From Lytechinus pictus (Eukaryota): 64,000 bases of DNA. The stretch covers positions 17,796,001 to 17,860,000 of the forward strand of contig NC_087250.1 in the NCBI RefSeq assembly GCF_037042905.1, written 5' to 3'. How positions within the stretch are numbered: the first letter of the stretch is position 1; the number at the start of each line of letters is the position of its first letter. A program made the position numbers and the translations under genes. A model generated the notes under the pieces. The model did not search any database. It was given only the letters and a program-made list of their open reading frames with translations, and was not told where the DNA came from. Shown here one piece after another: positions 12,630-25,400 of the stretch.

Positions 12630-15600
12630 AACTTGTGTTATAGCAAAGAGCATTCAGTCTTCAACAGATTATATTGTCCCCACTTCTTAGCAATCTTCTG
12701 TATATGTAGTACAGCTGCATCATGAGGTTGTCAGTTTAATGAAATAAAAAGAAAGGGAGAGAATAAAAAAAGTGTTTGGCTTTTCAGTTATAAGCAGCAA
12801 GTTATTAGAGCCCCTTTCACAATTGATGGTGCGACTGCTTACAACCGTTGCGATTCTTGGCAACATATATTGTGACCAAATGATCGTACGAGCAATTGTG
12901 AAAGCCCCTTAAGATATGAACTATTAACTATGTGTCCAAAATTCAATAGACATGCATGCTTCAGCTTCGCCCATGCTCTATGTACTCTACATAAAGCTAC
13001 AGGTATACATATTGGAATGGGGGAGGGCTTGGGGACCATGCCCCCCCCCCCAAAAAAAAAAGAATAAAAAAAAATTGGCACCTAGAGCGTACAGAGAGAC
13101 CAAACAAACTTTTAATTGATCCACTTTGAAAATATATGTTATTGCAGAAGAGGAAAAAACAACAACAAAATAATGGCACGATTTTTGCCGCAATATGTAT
13201 GAATGTCCCGTGTGCAAAAAGAAGAGCGCATCTTGAAGCGTGCTAATTCTTGCCAACAGTACTATTACGTCACAATGAACAAACCCCTCATCAATGAAAA
13301 AAAACCAGACTAAATCATACAGTGTAAACTAAACTTTGTAATTATTAGTTTTCCATATTTTGAGTTTAGATCATGGTCTAAACTTGACTTGAGCTGTTGA
13401 GAATGGGCTTGTGATTTTAATGCAGTGGATTGAGGATCTATGTATTATAATGGAAATTTCAGCCTTTTTGAAGCATGGTTTTCTGTATTCTTATTTTGCC
13501 AACTATAGTTCATTATTATCATGCATTTAATATTATAATGGAAATGTCAGCTTGTTAAAGGCATGGGTGAGTAACAATTCTGTATATTTCTTTTATACTT
13601 ATCATGCCAACTAGTTCATTATTCACATGTTATGACTTCAATGTAATTTAATATAGTCTTTCATATGTATTATATAAAGTTTATACATGTTTATTTACAG
13701 TTGTAATAGATTTGATAAGATAAATGTTTGTTCATCTCATCTGTCATTCAAGTTTGTATCTAATTTCCTGGAGGAGAAGAAAAGGGGGACAGCAGACCAT
13801 GAATGCAATTGAGAGAGAGGAAGACGGGAGAGGGAGGTAGAGAGAGGCTCGAGGGGGGAGGGGGAGAGAAAAGTGATAGAGACAGAGATGGAGAGGAGAG
13901 AAAAGGAATAGAGAGAGGGAGATGGAGGCGCTGTTGGCATTAGGGGATGTGGCAAGATGAAAAACTCGAAATGGCCTGATTTTCAAGAAGTTTGACGGAA
14001 AACATTAGTTCTGCAAATATTTGAGCTAATAACTGAACGACCACGGATTAATATCTGTGTCCTTATTGATTTGAAGATGGCTACTATCTGAAGAAATGTG
14101 ATTATCAAACTGATCCATCTGTGCTAATTCAAGTGAGTTTTAACTGCGAGATTGTTACAATGTACATCTACAGAATGAGCAACATTTGGAAAATAAGACA
14201 TTTTTTTCCCAGAGCATACGGTGAGTTTTTCCATTGTAATATAATACGTTAGCATAAGAAATATCAAAACACACAACTCTTCATTTGTTCATGTATTATT
14301 TTCTCTAACAAAAAGTCCTCTTGACAGAAAGTATTTCTAAATAATATATTGGAAATATATTTTGAATACAGAATAACCCTCCAAAAGGAAATAATTATTA
14401 CATCTAAAATGAAAATTGATGGGAGACGATAAATCAAGATATGATCAAAGAGATCCCTACCTCTAGATCACCCTGACTATCATCAACTCGTACCCCCACA
14501 GGCACGGGGAAAGACCAATCTATACTGCGCTCATTCAGGTAATTAGAGTAGCACTGGCATTTCTTTGTTCGGGGGGGGGGGGGGGGGGGAAGACTAAAAG
14601 AGATTGGCGACTCGTCGGGGGTTTTAAGGAGAATCATAAATTAGGCCTTTTTTGTAGTTTTCTTTCTACTTTATTGTCTTCTCTCTCACTTATTTTGGAA
14701 GTACGTGATACAGAGAAAGAGAGCAGAATTAAGATCTCCAGGGAGGCCGGGTGCCAGCTGAGTCGCTCCACGATTGTGAGTATAAGACTCATTTTAAACG
14801 TGTTGCCTATCAAAACGTTGCAACTCTGAGAAATCCCTTTTTTGTCTTCTGCTATTGGACCGAGATTTGAAAATATTAACATACAAAAAATGAATACACA
14901 AGCATGTGGGCGTTAGTCATCAACCTTATCCAAGATAGATTTTTTTTTTTTTTTATAGATCAGACCATTAAATCAGATATAGCATGCCCTCTCAATAATC
15001 TTATTTTCTTTTTCAAGGCCCTTTATTAACATCGCTTATTTTAATAATTTCTATTGTACATGTACTTAGTTTTTACCGAGAAGCTCTTAATGAGTACGTG
15101 GTTACAATAAATGTTTATCGTTTCAGTATGCATACCGAATCCTTGTCTACATGGAGGCTCGTGTGAGGAAATATTTGCTGATTTCGATTTTAATTTTAAA
15201 TACTGCACGCTTCGTCGCAAAACGATGTAAAAAACAATACCTGCATTTTCTGTATTAATTAGGAATAATTAGTTTAAAACATGAGTATTGGCCAATATTG
15301 TTTCTTATTTTAAAAAATTGCGTTTGCTTCTAAGTAGGAAAAGTGATAGAAAATGAAAAAAAAAAAACTAATCGCAAAGCAAAGAATTAAACAGTGCCAA
15401 TTTATAAAGCGAACTGAATTCAAAACAAATTTAAACATACAAGTGTGTAGGTTGCTAGGATCGGTATTACAACTGATTAGCGTACAATGGTTAAGGATCG
15501 TAACATCTGTGTTTCAAAAAATGGTAATAGCTTAATAGGCAATAATGTTTCTGGTATCAAAAGCCGCATGGATCAAAATGAATGAAATCACTGACATTTT

Positions 15601-15659
15601 ATACATAAAATAAAATGTAACAACATAGGAGCTGTGTGACAATCAGCTCTTTTTTTCAG

Positions 15660-16735
15660 AGACATCAAACTTCTCGATATCAGATCGCCAGGGAATAGTC
15701 TCATTCTAGGCAATTGGAGGAGACTCCATGGGAGATCATGACCTTCTGGATCTGGGAACATTCGACCTCCAACCTCGTATGCAAATATCCTGGCTTTCCT
15801 GGAGTATACTCAACCATAGATGGCGTTGTATTTAATAGTTTACCGGAGAACGCCACCCTCTTTGCCAATGTATGTGTGATGCAATGAATATTACGAATTG
15901 TTGGTTCGGTGATGAAATTCCACCTGAGGGAACGGGATTGGTTGGCGTTACATGTTGCCAAGGTACATGCATATACATTGACTATTCAAAACGACACTAC
16001 ACTAAGTCAAGCAGGTGCTGCCTTTAGGCACTCTATGTACAACAATCCAGAGATTTAATTTTGGACCATCACTTGAAAAAAAGACAATCTGAGAACGTTC
16101 CGTTCAAGTTTCCTTTCAAAGCGTTCTTTTGATTTTACATCACTTGCTCGGATGGTAACCAGACTTGTTTGTATACTTAGACAAAGACTTGGGTTCTGAA
16201 GAGTCGAATTCAATAAAACACAAAAACAAATAAAGGAGGAGACAGAGAGAGAGAGGGAGAGAGATGGGTATATGGTAGTGGTTAGTGGGTTTTTTTTCTT
16301 AATTTAAAAGCAAATAGAACTGACTTCTTGTTAGTGAAGAAGATAAGAAAATGTATACTGATCAATTTCAAAACATCAGGTGGGATACGCATGCACATTT
16401 CTTGCGACTTTATTCACAGATTATGAGTGTACCAGTCCGGGAATTATTCTTGGCCTTGAAAATAGTGACATCATAGATGCGCAGATCACATCATCCAGTG
16501 AGGATCAGACGTACAAGTCAGCCACTGCAAGATTACACGGACCACAGTGCTGGCAACCCTTAATTCATGACAAAGTGCAGTAGTTACAGATCGATTAATA
16601 AACACCCTCCTCGTTACTGGCCCCTCCATGCAGGGAAGGGCTGATGAGGATTATTTCGTCACAGCTTTTACTTTGAAGTACTCCCTCATAGGCCCAGTAT
16701 GAAAGTCTGCAAAGATGAACTAGAACAAGTTAAGG
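15660..16735 (+). pseudogene. Degenerate SRCR-like exon (about 15660-15962) plus F5/8 type C (discoidin) exon (about 16419-16735)
   Basis: The first segment reads WEHSTSNLVCKYPGFPG...GLVGVTCCQ|GT (SRCR-like). The second reads CTSPGIILGLENSDIIDAQITSSS..SATARLHGPQCW..*LQID*..QGRADEDYFVTAFTLKYS (F5/8C). In-frame stops and frameshifts are present, with AG/GT boundaries. Confidence 0.65.
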
Positions 16736-17447
16736 TGATACATTTACTTTCTGTATTTTGTTTCTTTGTGATATTGAGATGGAGTAAATCAGATGCTATT
16801 ATTGATGCTACTTCAATGAAGGTTGAAAAAAATAAATCAGCTCTCAATGTCAAGGTCAAAGCAATAAATTTGCGTGGGTACTTGTATTTATTATTTCCAT
16901 TATTGAGATTAAATGCCAGTTTCATACAAAATTCAGTATTTCCAATTTGAGTCTGGCGACTGCCACTACAGTTACTGTTCTAAATAGTCTGAAATACAGT
17001 GGCTACGACCTAGTTTGGTTACACTGCTGCGGAATCCAATAATAATTAATATAGGATATTTATATTGCACACATATCCACCAATAGGTTCACATATAAGT
17101 GCCATTCTCTCAATTCTATCTCTTTATTTCTGTTTGTTGTTCCCCATTATTTTCCAGGTAACGCTAATGGCCCCCGTTACAGCACATTTTGGTAAAGTGC
17201 ACATTTAGGTAAATTACCAAAATGCGGGAAGAGTGTTGGGGATCTTTGTGTCTATTTTTCTAACAAGACCATCTTGACATCAGAGCATTTAGTGTTTGCC
17301 AGGTCAGGCAATCAAAGTAATCGCTGCCGAGGTAAGTAACCTTGAACATATTGAAATAGAATTTATGAAACACAGCACACTCATTTAATTGCTTCAAATG
17401 TTGTTGTCCCCCCTCTTGTCATAAATTGACATAAGAAGGAAATATGA

Positions 17448-17686
17448 CACTGCAAAAGCAAAAGTGTAGATTTAACACCAACCCGGAATTTATATATGTC
17501 CATACCAGAGAAGTGTAAAACTACACCAGTTTGGTTTCGGTCTAACACCAAATAACTGTTTATACAACACCAAATAGTATTAAAACAGCATGGGTTTGAT
17601 TAAAAACTGGTGTTGTTTCAATACTCTGGTGTGGACATATATAGATTCCGGGCTGGTGTTAAATCAACACCTGAGTTTTTGCAGTG
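17448..17686. mobile_element. CACT-ended palindromic MITE (CACTA/EnSpm-like)
   Basis: TIRs cactgcaaaa...ttttgcagtg plus internal inverted ttaacaccaacccggaat / attccgggctggtgttaa. Confidence 0.7.
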
Positions 17687-19774
17687 TACAATATTACAAA
17701 AACATGCTATGAACACAGGAATATCGAGTTGTATATAAATGCTTTTATTTCCCAATGTATAATAGCAGTTTATTGTCAAGATATAGAGATCAAATTTTTT
17801 TTCAAAGATTACAGTACACCAATTAATATGAAGTACGACGTTAAAGCTTACATTATTGTTTTGCCTCTCCATCCTCAAGATGTGAGTTCATAATAAAAAA
17901 TCCAAATCTTGAGAAAGGTGTTTGTTAATACGTTCAGTCTAATCACTTTGTTGTTGAATTTGTTTGATCCTAAATGACTGCTACACAAATATTCTTACTC
18001 CTTTAGCATCATAATAAACGTAAGAAAAATACACGAGTACAATTCTAAACTACTTCAAACAAGTCAAATGAATCGTAAAATCAAACAAAATAATAATCAG
18101 ATATAAGCGTCTGACTCACCTCAAACTTGTGTAACATACCCATAATCATAAAAGATTTTCAAATCAATTTATATGTACTTCTAAACGATATGGAATCGCA
18201 TTGACATGTAATAATCATTATTTATATACAGCTTGTTCAGAAAATACTATCGAACCATCGTCGCAGAAGCTTTATCACCATCATAATAATAATTTTATGA
18301 ACGTCATAATGCATGATAATTGCATATAAAGCGATCATATCAGCTGCAGTACACATTTCTACATAGCTTGTCTCTACAACATCACGTGGCGTATATCGAA
18401 TACCAATATTATATTCACAAGTGATTTTGAATACGCAGCTGTATTTTATTTTGATTGTCGATCGACTGTAAATTTCCCTTTTTCCCCAAATATTAGATAT
18501 ACCTATGGGGTACATTTTATGAAAAAAAGGATAACCATATACATTACGGTATACTTTTTTATTATGAGGTATGAATAATAGAGAGTAAACAAATTGCGTG
18601 CGACATCCTTTGTTTTGGAAATCCCCTCATTGTTTCTTTTGTCAGCTATTCTTGTTCATACTCTATAAATGTTGTGCGTCTTGTGTGGATGGTACAGAGT
18701 AAAGACGTGTTCCAGTGGATGTATACTTCTATAAAATATTTTAATCACGTTCAGAATTTGTTTTATTGTTTGTCTTGTTGATATAAAATGACTCAGCAAG
18801 TGTGGAATTACCTGAAAATGGAAGGGAATAATCTTTGCTTATATCTTTCTGATATGCTACCACTATAGTCGTAAGAATATATCATTTTACATTGAAAAAA
18901 TAAATAACCAAGAGTGTGTGATAACTATTTACAAAAGCAGCGTCGAAATATTTACAAAGAAACGATATAATCGTTTTTCAAAGATTTGTTTGCTCGCTTA
19001 TAATTTTAGTCAAGTTCTAGTTATATTTTTCATTTCCATTATCAACATTATAAGGAAATACAAATCAAACATACATTATAAATATATACAAATACAAATG
19101 AAATATTATAACAATGAATACAAATCAATTACAAGTTCCAAAATATTTGTAAAATAGTTTTAACAGAATCTGATATGGAAATGAGTCACATTGTGAAACG
19201 TTTACCAAAAACTTTTACACGTTAGATGGCCTTCAAATCTAAATTCAATGGAATGATTAATGAAATTGTAGTTAGGTCAAATGAATCAGATGATATGACT
19301 ATAACATTAATGAACATAAATTGTCAACCAGGTGGTTACTTTCATAAAATAAACGACAACTTAAAAAACTTGCAATCAGAACTGAGAATATCGGAGTTGG
19401 TTGTAACATAGGTCGATCGACGTTTAACATCTAAATAAAAGGCTAATAAGGATTACACAAAACAGGATATATAAACAATAAAATTAAAGATTATAAACAC
19501 CGAACAAATATATTTAAGTAAATCATTCTGCAAAAATCGTAGACTTGAAATGAGTAAATCTTTCATTGATACTACCTTACCCAATGACCGGGCCCAACGG
19601 TTGAAGAAGGAAGCTAAGATTTGATACAGTATGTATCATAATGACAAATCTGCCTTTTATATAATTATATTTCTATCTTTCATAAAATGGTGTATAAATC
19701 AAGCAGGAAATAACTATTTTTACTACGATATTTCACGCAGTATGTTAGCTATGTAAGTATACACATTATTTAAC

Positions 19775-19938
19775 CTCAACCCAGGTGAGGTGAATGGGTA
19801 CCTGGCAGGAATTTATTTCTTGAAATGCTCCAGCGCTGTAAAAGGCTGTGGGGCTAAAGCCAGGGTAATAATATCCAAGTCCTTTGGAAGCGCATAGAGA
19901 CGTTATTTATAATGTGTTATGCGCTATACAAGAACTGT
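19775..19938 (+). mobile_element. SINE 3' fragment with LINE-like tail
   Basis: caacccaggtg..aatgggtacctgg core followed by gcgctatacaagaactg and an (att)n tail; gcgctatacaa also ends the L2-like LINE near 48770. Confidence 0.55.
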
Positions 19939-20333
19939 CTATTACTATTATTATTATTTACAAGAAAATAATTAATCTTTAATCATTTTACACAAAGCTC
20001 CTACACTATATGCGCTCAATTACTAAACTTTACATTTGCAACATTGAAAAAAAATAACCGAAACCAAAAAAGTGCCAGAATTTTATGAAATATATTACAA
20101 TTGCTGTAGCACTCGTGAACGCAAACGAAAAAAAAATGCATAAAATGCATTCTTGCAGGACTTAAGTACCTACCTTATAATCTATCACAAATGACTTATC
20201 ATGACAAAACATTCAAAATAATGCAACAGAAATGGTATTTATAAATTATAGAATGTGGTCAGTCAGATTCTGAGAAACTAATGCTATACAATTTTCTTAG
20301 ATTTGGAAAGAGTAACCTGAAACATGATCTCGG

Positions 20334-20337
20334 TATA

Positions 20338-20383
<46 letters not shown>
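20334..20383. repeat. (TA)n microsatellite
   Basis: Direct observation. Confidence 0.95.
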
Positions 20384-20385
<2 letters not shown>

Positions 20386-20846
20386 AAACATTACGATTAG
20401 TAAGGAGTTGGCTATACTATTGCAGACCCTTCATGATAGATACTTGTATGCATATACAGTTCTAGAAAATTCACTGACACTTCTATACATACAACATTGG
20501 TCAATGTATACTCATATTGTGTATAATAATTATTAATAGTTAAAGTGTTATCATGCAATCACTTTAATTACACAGAATCACAGCAGTATCAGATCTGTTA
20601 TTGCATCTATCGAGATAAAAAATAACCCTCTTTACAAAGAGACAAAGAGAAAACAAAAACAACAAAACTCTAGCCTAAAGGAATAACTATTTCAGAAAAT
20701 CATCAATATGGATAATGCACATCTATGTATAGAATGCCATCACGGGGAGAATAAGAAAATGTTGAAAATATCTATCAAACGAACTGACTATATAGTAAGT
20801 AAAATTGAGATGTAAAACAGGATTGATTTGAACAATATGGTAATAT

Positions 20847-21117
20847 CATTGGCGGATCCAGGGGGGGGGGGGAGGCACAGGGGGTACGCCCCCCCCCCTT
20901 TGAGAAGCAAAATTAAAATTTGTAATGTAAAAATGCCATAAAAACAGAGGTGTGCCCCCTTTTTTTGAAATTGAAGACTTTTTTTTTGCTTGTCAATTAT
21001 TTTCAAGTACGAAATATCCTTTATTTGTGGTTTAAAACTTTTTTTTTTTTTTGGGGGGGGCTTGTCAAAATTTTCCTCCGAAAAATTTGCCCCCCCCCCT
21101 TTTGAAAAATCCTGGAT
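20847..21117. mobile_element. hAT-like poly-G/C MITE, right end degraded
   Basis: cattggcggatccaggggg... and ...gaaaaatcctggat inverted ends. Confidence 0.55.
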
Positions 21118-22129
21118 AAGATGTACCACATCCTTTAGAGATACAATTTATTTTGTGTCATTTCAAAATTAGTTCATTGTTAATTTCTTAATGTTTGTTC
21201 AAGTGTTTTATTGTATTATACAATTGTACAAGCAATTGATTTCCCTTTTACTGTTGTCATTTTTCTTTTTATGTTACGTTTCTTAATTTATACGCATTGT
21301 TAAGCTATGTTTGGCCCCCTGGTGATAAGCTCTATGCTTTTTAAGGGGCTCACATATTAATGATCAATGCTTGATTTAATTGTACACTTTGTGTTATGAA
21401 GATGGAATAAATGAAATGAATTAATGTTGTAATTCTAACATTGTAAGTACTAGGTTGGAGATTATGTCTGTCAAAGATAACAATTTTGGCACAGAAAATA
21501 CTATTCAACATCATATTAAATATTATTTATACTTGCAGCTACATGTATAAAATAATTCACTCACAGCCTTTGCCAACCACAAGCGAGCTATTTAATGAAG
21601 ATTCATGTTGGATCTGCTATAACACTTTATAGAATATGTCATGAACATCGACATATCACCAGCATGGACCCTTTCTAATACACCTACATGATTATCTGTA
21701 TCATGTGGTAATTGAAATTTGTATTTCCTTTTAATCCGAAAGTCACATATTCCTTAATTATTGAAGAACGGTTTATGTGCCTTTAATATGAATAATCTAT
21801 ATTACACAGAGTAATACAAACTAAATAGAGTTCCTTAAACGTTGCAAGAACAAGAACATTTAATTATGCCATTACTGTCATGCACATTTTACAAAGCTAA
21901 AAATACGCTCCCCTGTATGCTTTAATAGTACAGAGTGAGCATAACTTTCATTTTACTGGAAAAGATCACCAAAGGCGCTCCTTTAACAGTCTTGAAAATA
22001 CGTAACTGACATGCAGTAACGAGACAAACTGAATTAAAGTGTTTACAAAACCTTCCCCTCCAGTTCCTGCTTTAGAAGACATGGAAGATTCGTAAGAACT
22101 TATTTGAGCCTATGAGGATCGACTACACT

Positions 22130-22418
22130 CTAAGTGTCGTGAAATATGAATTCAGCTTCATGCCTTAACCCAACGGCCTCTAAAGCAAGTCGAAGTTGCC
22201 TAACCTGTTCACTAGGTCTGACACACTTTCTCCAGTCTTGAAGCATCTCTTTAAGACCTGACCTTGAGACATTTCTGGCCGAGGAGTCTGCTCTGACGAG
22301 GTATTTCTCCATTGATGAGTAGGAGAAACCGAGCTGGTAGCCAAGCTCACTTGCTTCTTTTATTCCACAGACTAAATCAATCAATACCTCTACCATGCTA
22401 TTCGATAATGGGCCTCTT
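22130..22418 (-). CDS. Terminal exon: death domain 5
   Basis: LSNSMVEVLIDLVCGIKEASELGYQLGFSYSSMEKY...LKEMLQDWRK...LRLALEAVGLRHEAE has the death-fold pattern; acceptor ttttag at 22419-22420. Confidence 0.85.
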
Positions 22419-25400
22419 CTAAAATAAGGAGTAATGAATGTGGATGAAACAAATTAATGAGAAAGCTCACACTGTCCGAGTTAAAACAGATACATAGAAA
22501 ACTCATCATTTTTTTTATCGTCTTTGATTTCAACGCCAAATATCATAAATTCAATGAAAGTGCAGGTCAACCGACAGCAATGCCATTCGTAAAGTTCCAA
22601 TATTTTCTTCCTAAAATGATGAAATCCAAGGAGAAAAGGGAAAATCGCCAACACAGATAAATAGGCACATGTTGAACACAATTCGTAATTTTCCATTTTG
22701 CACATAATTATGTTTCATCTATCTGTAGTAATTTATATTTGTACAAACTCTTTCTCGTCATCACAACCTGAATTTATTTTTTATTTAAACGATCTGCATG
22801 GTATAAAATCCATCCACAAAGTTGGAGCTACTCGTAATTGAAATACTGACGAAATTTACCACCCAATTCTAAAAAAAGTAATCATAAAATCAATTACAAT
22901 CGATATTTCATGGAATCTGTTCATATTCCCCTTTTCAGCAACTTTGCATGTTGTACCAAAATCATTTTGCGTATAATTTTACCTAGTAAGAAAGAAAACA
23001 AAAACACTGACGTAATCACTTAATAGCATTTGTTAAATGTCATATTTTTGAAATTTAAATAGCGATTTTTAAAAAGTCATTATTAAAAAGAAACATTTAT
23101 AAAGGTGATTAATTTGTCGCTATTTTATTTCTTTTTAATGGCAGCATTTTAAACTATTTTTGTTGTTGTTTAAAACTTGGTAAAGTTCAGACCTCATTTG
23201 TGTTGAAAGTTTGACATTGTCTTACCTTTGTACTTTTTCGTAGTCAGGTTCCACTGTTTAAAAAGAAAAAAAAAACGTATTTCTGTAATTTCTCCACGAG
23301 CTTGATAATTCATCATAAAATATTTATTTTCTCCATGTATATTTCGAGTTTTTTGTCATTATTAGCATTTTTTACGTGATACCATGCAAATAGAATGAAA
23401 TCAATATGATTGTTTGAGTAACCCTATATTCAAAGTACAATAAGAACTTCTTTTTTCGGAATACATACATGTATATAATGACTATAATTATGTTCGATGG
23501 TCTCTTTATTGTAAAATAACCTGTCTTCATTAAGATATATTTTTACACATACCTTCTTTAGAGATATTGATTTCTTGTTCTGCAAGTGTGGCCGGGCCTT
23601 GCTCAATGCAAACGCGAACATGCTTATCATCGGTTGAGGGTGGTAGATTGATATCTATAGTATTACAACATCCAGATAGTAAGGAACGCACATGAACCTT
23701 TTTGAAGAAATAGATTAATAACGGAACCTGAGTTAAAGTCATGAATTAGTCTGATAAAACTTATTTGTAACATTAATCTTCTACTATTCGACTTAGAAGA
23801 ACATTTCATCAGGCCTTCTTAATTTTTTTAGAGCATGGTATTAACCTCCTTTTAGGAAGAATGTAGCTCATTTGATAAGATTTGATATTTTAAACAGCAA
23901 ATTCCAGGGTGCATAGCAAATAAATATTACTGTCTAATGAAATGAACAGATTTTGGTAAATATGCTTCACATTTATTTCCAATAAAGTATATATTTGCCA
24001 CTTTAACTAAAAGGGTGTGACAGAAAAGACAACGTTTTTAGATGCGTACAGTTTCTCGAATTCTCTCCGGGCCAGTAAGACACGAAATCTTGATGTCATC
24101 TTCAGCAGATTTCAGATTGAATTTGATTGCCGTCGCGCCTTGGTAGACTGGTTCCGATAAGGTGTATTCCTGTCCTCTTACACTCTAGAAACAAACATAG
24201 TTGAAATCTAGATAACATGTGATTCTCCGTTTGGATAAAAGGTATGGTAATTCTTTCTCAAGTAACACTCATAAAACACACACATATAAGTATTATACAC
24301 ACATATGTTGCTGCTGCGCGATCAAAATGCCAGGTAATCGAGATAATCTTTTGTAGATGCGACAAGTTTTTCTTATATGATTTGATTAAAAGGTAAGAAT
24401 TTCCTCTCGTGTAATTGTTGTTCATGCATTGAATATGATTGTTTTATAATAAATGTAGGGCCTGTACATACTGTAGAGTCTGTGTTGCAAGGATGGGTTA
24501 TGTAGATTCGCAGAGTGTGATGTGAGGAGTTGCTGATGAAAAGAGGATGTGATACTTGACAGATGAATTGAACCCCATTGATGTCGTTTGAAGACAAAGC
24601 GAAGTATTGAAGATGACGTGTTGAGAAGGTAATCTTGTCTTCTGAGATCTCAAAATCTCTTGTCGATTCAGGAAGCAAAGTCCTGTACCCATATTCTCCT
24701 AGAATATGCAACGATAGACGAGAAAAATACTTCGTGTTAAAGCCAGTTTATCGCGTTGACAGCCATGTTAAGTAATAAAAATGACTTATGTTATTGACCT
24801 GATATACATTATGAGTCATACATTTAATATGTTAACTTGCTATACATTCAACCATACCATAAAACATTACTGTATTTTTATGTTTTATTTCTGGTGCACA
24901 AATGAAAAGCAAAAAGGCGACTGAATATGAATTTGAAAAGTTACACACCGACTGCCCAAATTTGACATCACACAATACAAGCAATTCCGATCACAAAAGC
25001 GTATACTACATAAACATTACCTGGTTCTATTTTGCTGTAAAGCTTCACACGCAAGTCTTGCTTCTTCTGCTGGTATCGATCTGAAGCAATGTAGTGTGGA
25101 AGCACTATAGTAGCAGGTTTGAGAAGATGATGGTTGAAGGAACATCGGATGGGTGGTGTTATAAGAACCTCCTGAGGATCCAGAGGAAACTTAGATGGAC
25201 TTCGACTGAGGATAGTGAGAGTAACGACTGATCTCATTCCTTTGGGGATTGCTCCTGATGGAATAGATACCCGGATATCAGGTTCGTCTAGCTTCAGGTC
25301 TCCACCATCATGATCAATGATGCCATGTGTGAAAGGATCCAAGAAACCTGGGTGGTTTGGTATTGCTGTTATAGTGAAGTAGAACATTTCGGGTCAGCAA

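Noticed and set aside
13737..13986. Ser/Leu/Pro-rich ORFs
   Set aside because: They arise from a GA-rich low-complexity tract.
14170..14780. Possible extra plus-strand exons with AG/GT boundaries
   Set aside because: No recognisable domain, a stop codon is present, and they could not be linked to the SRCR/F5/8C fragments.
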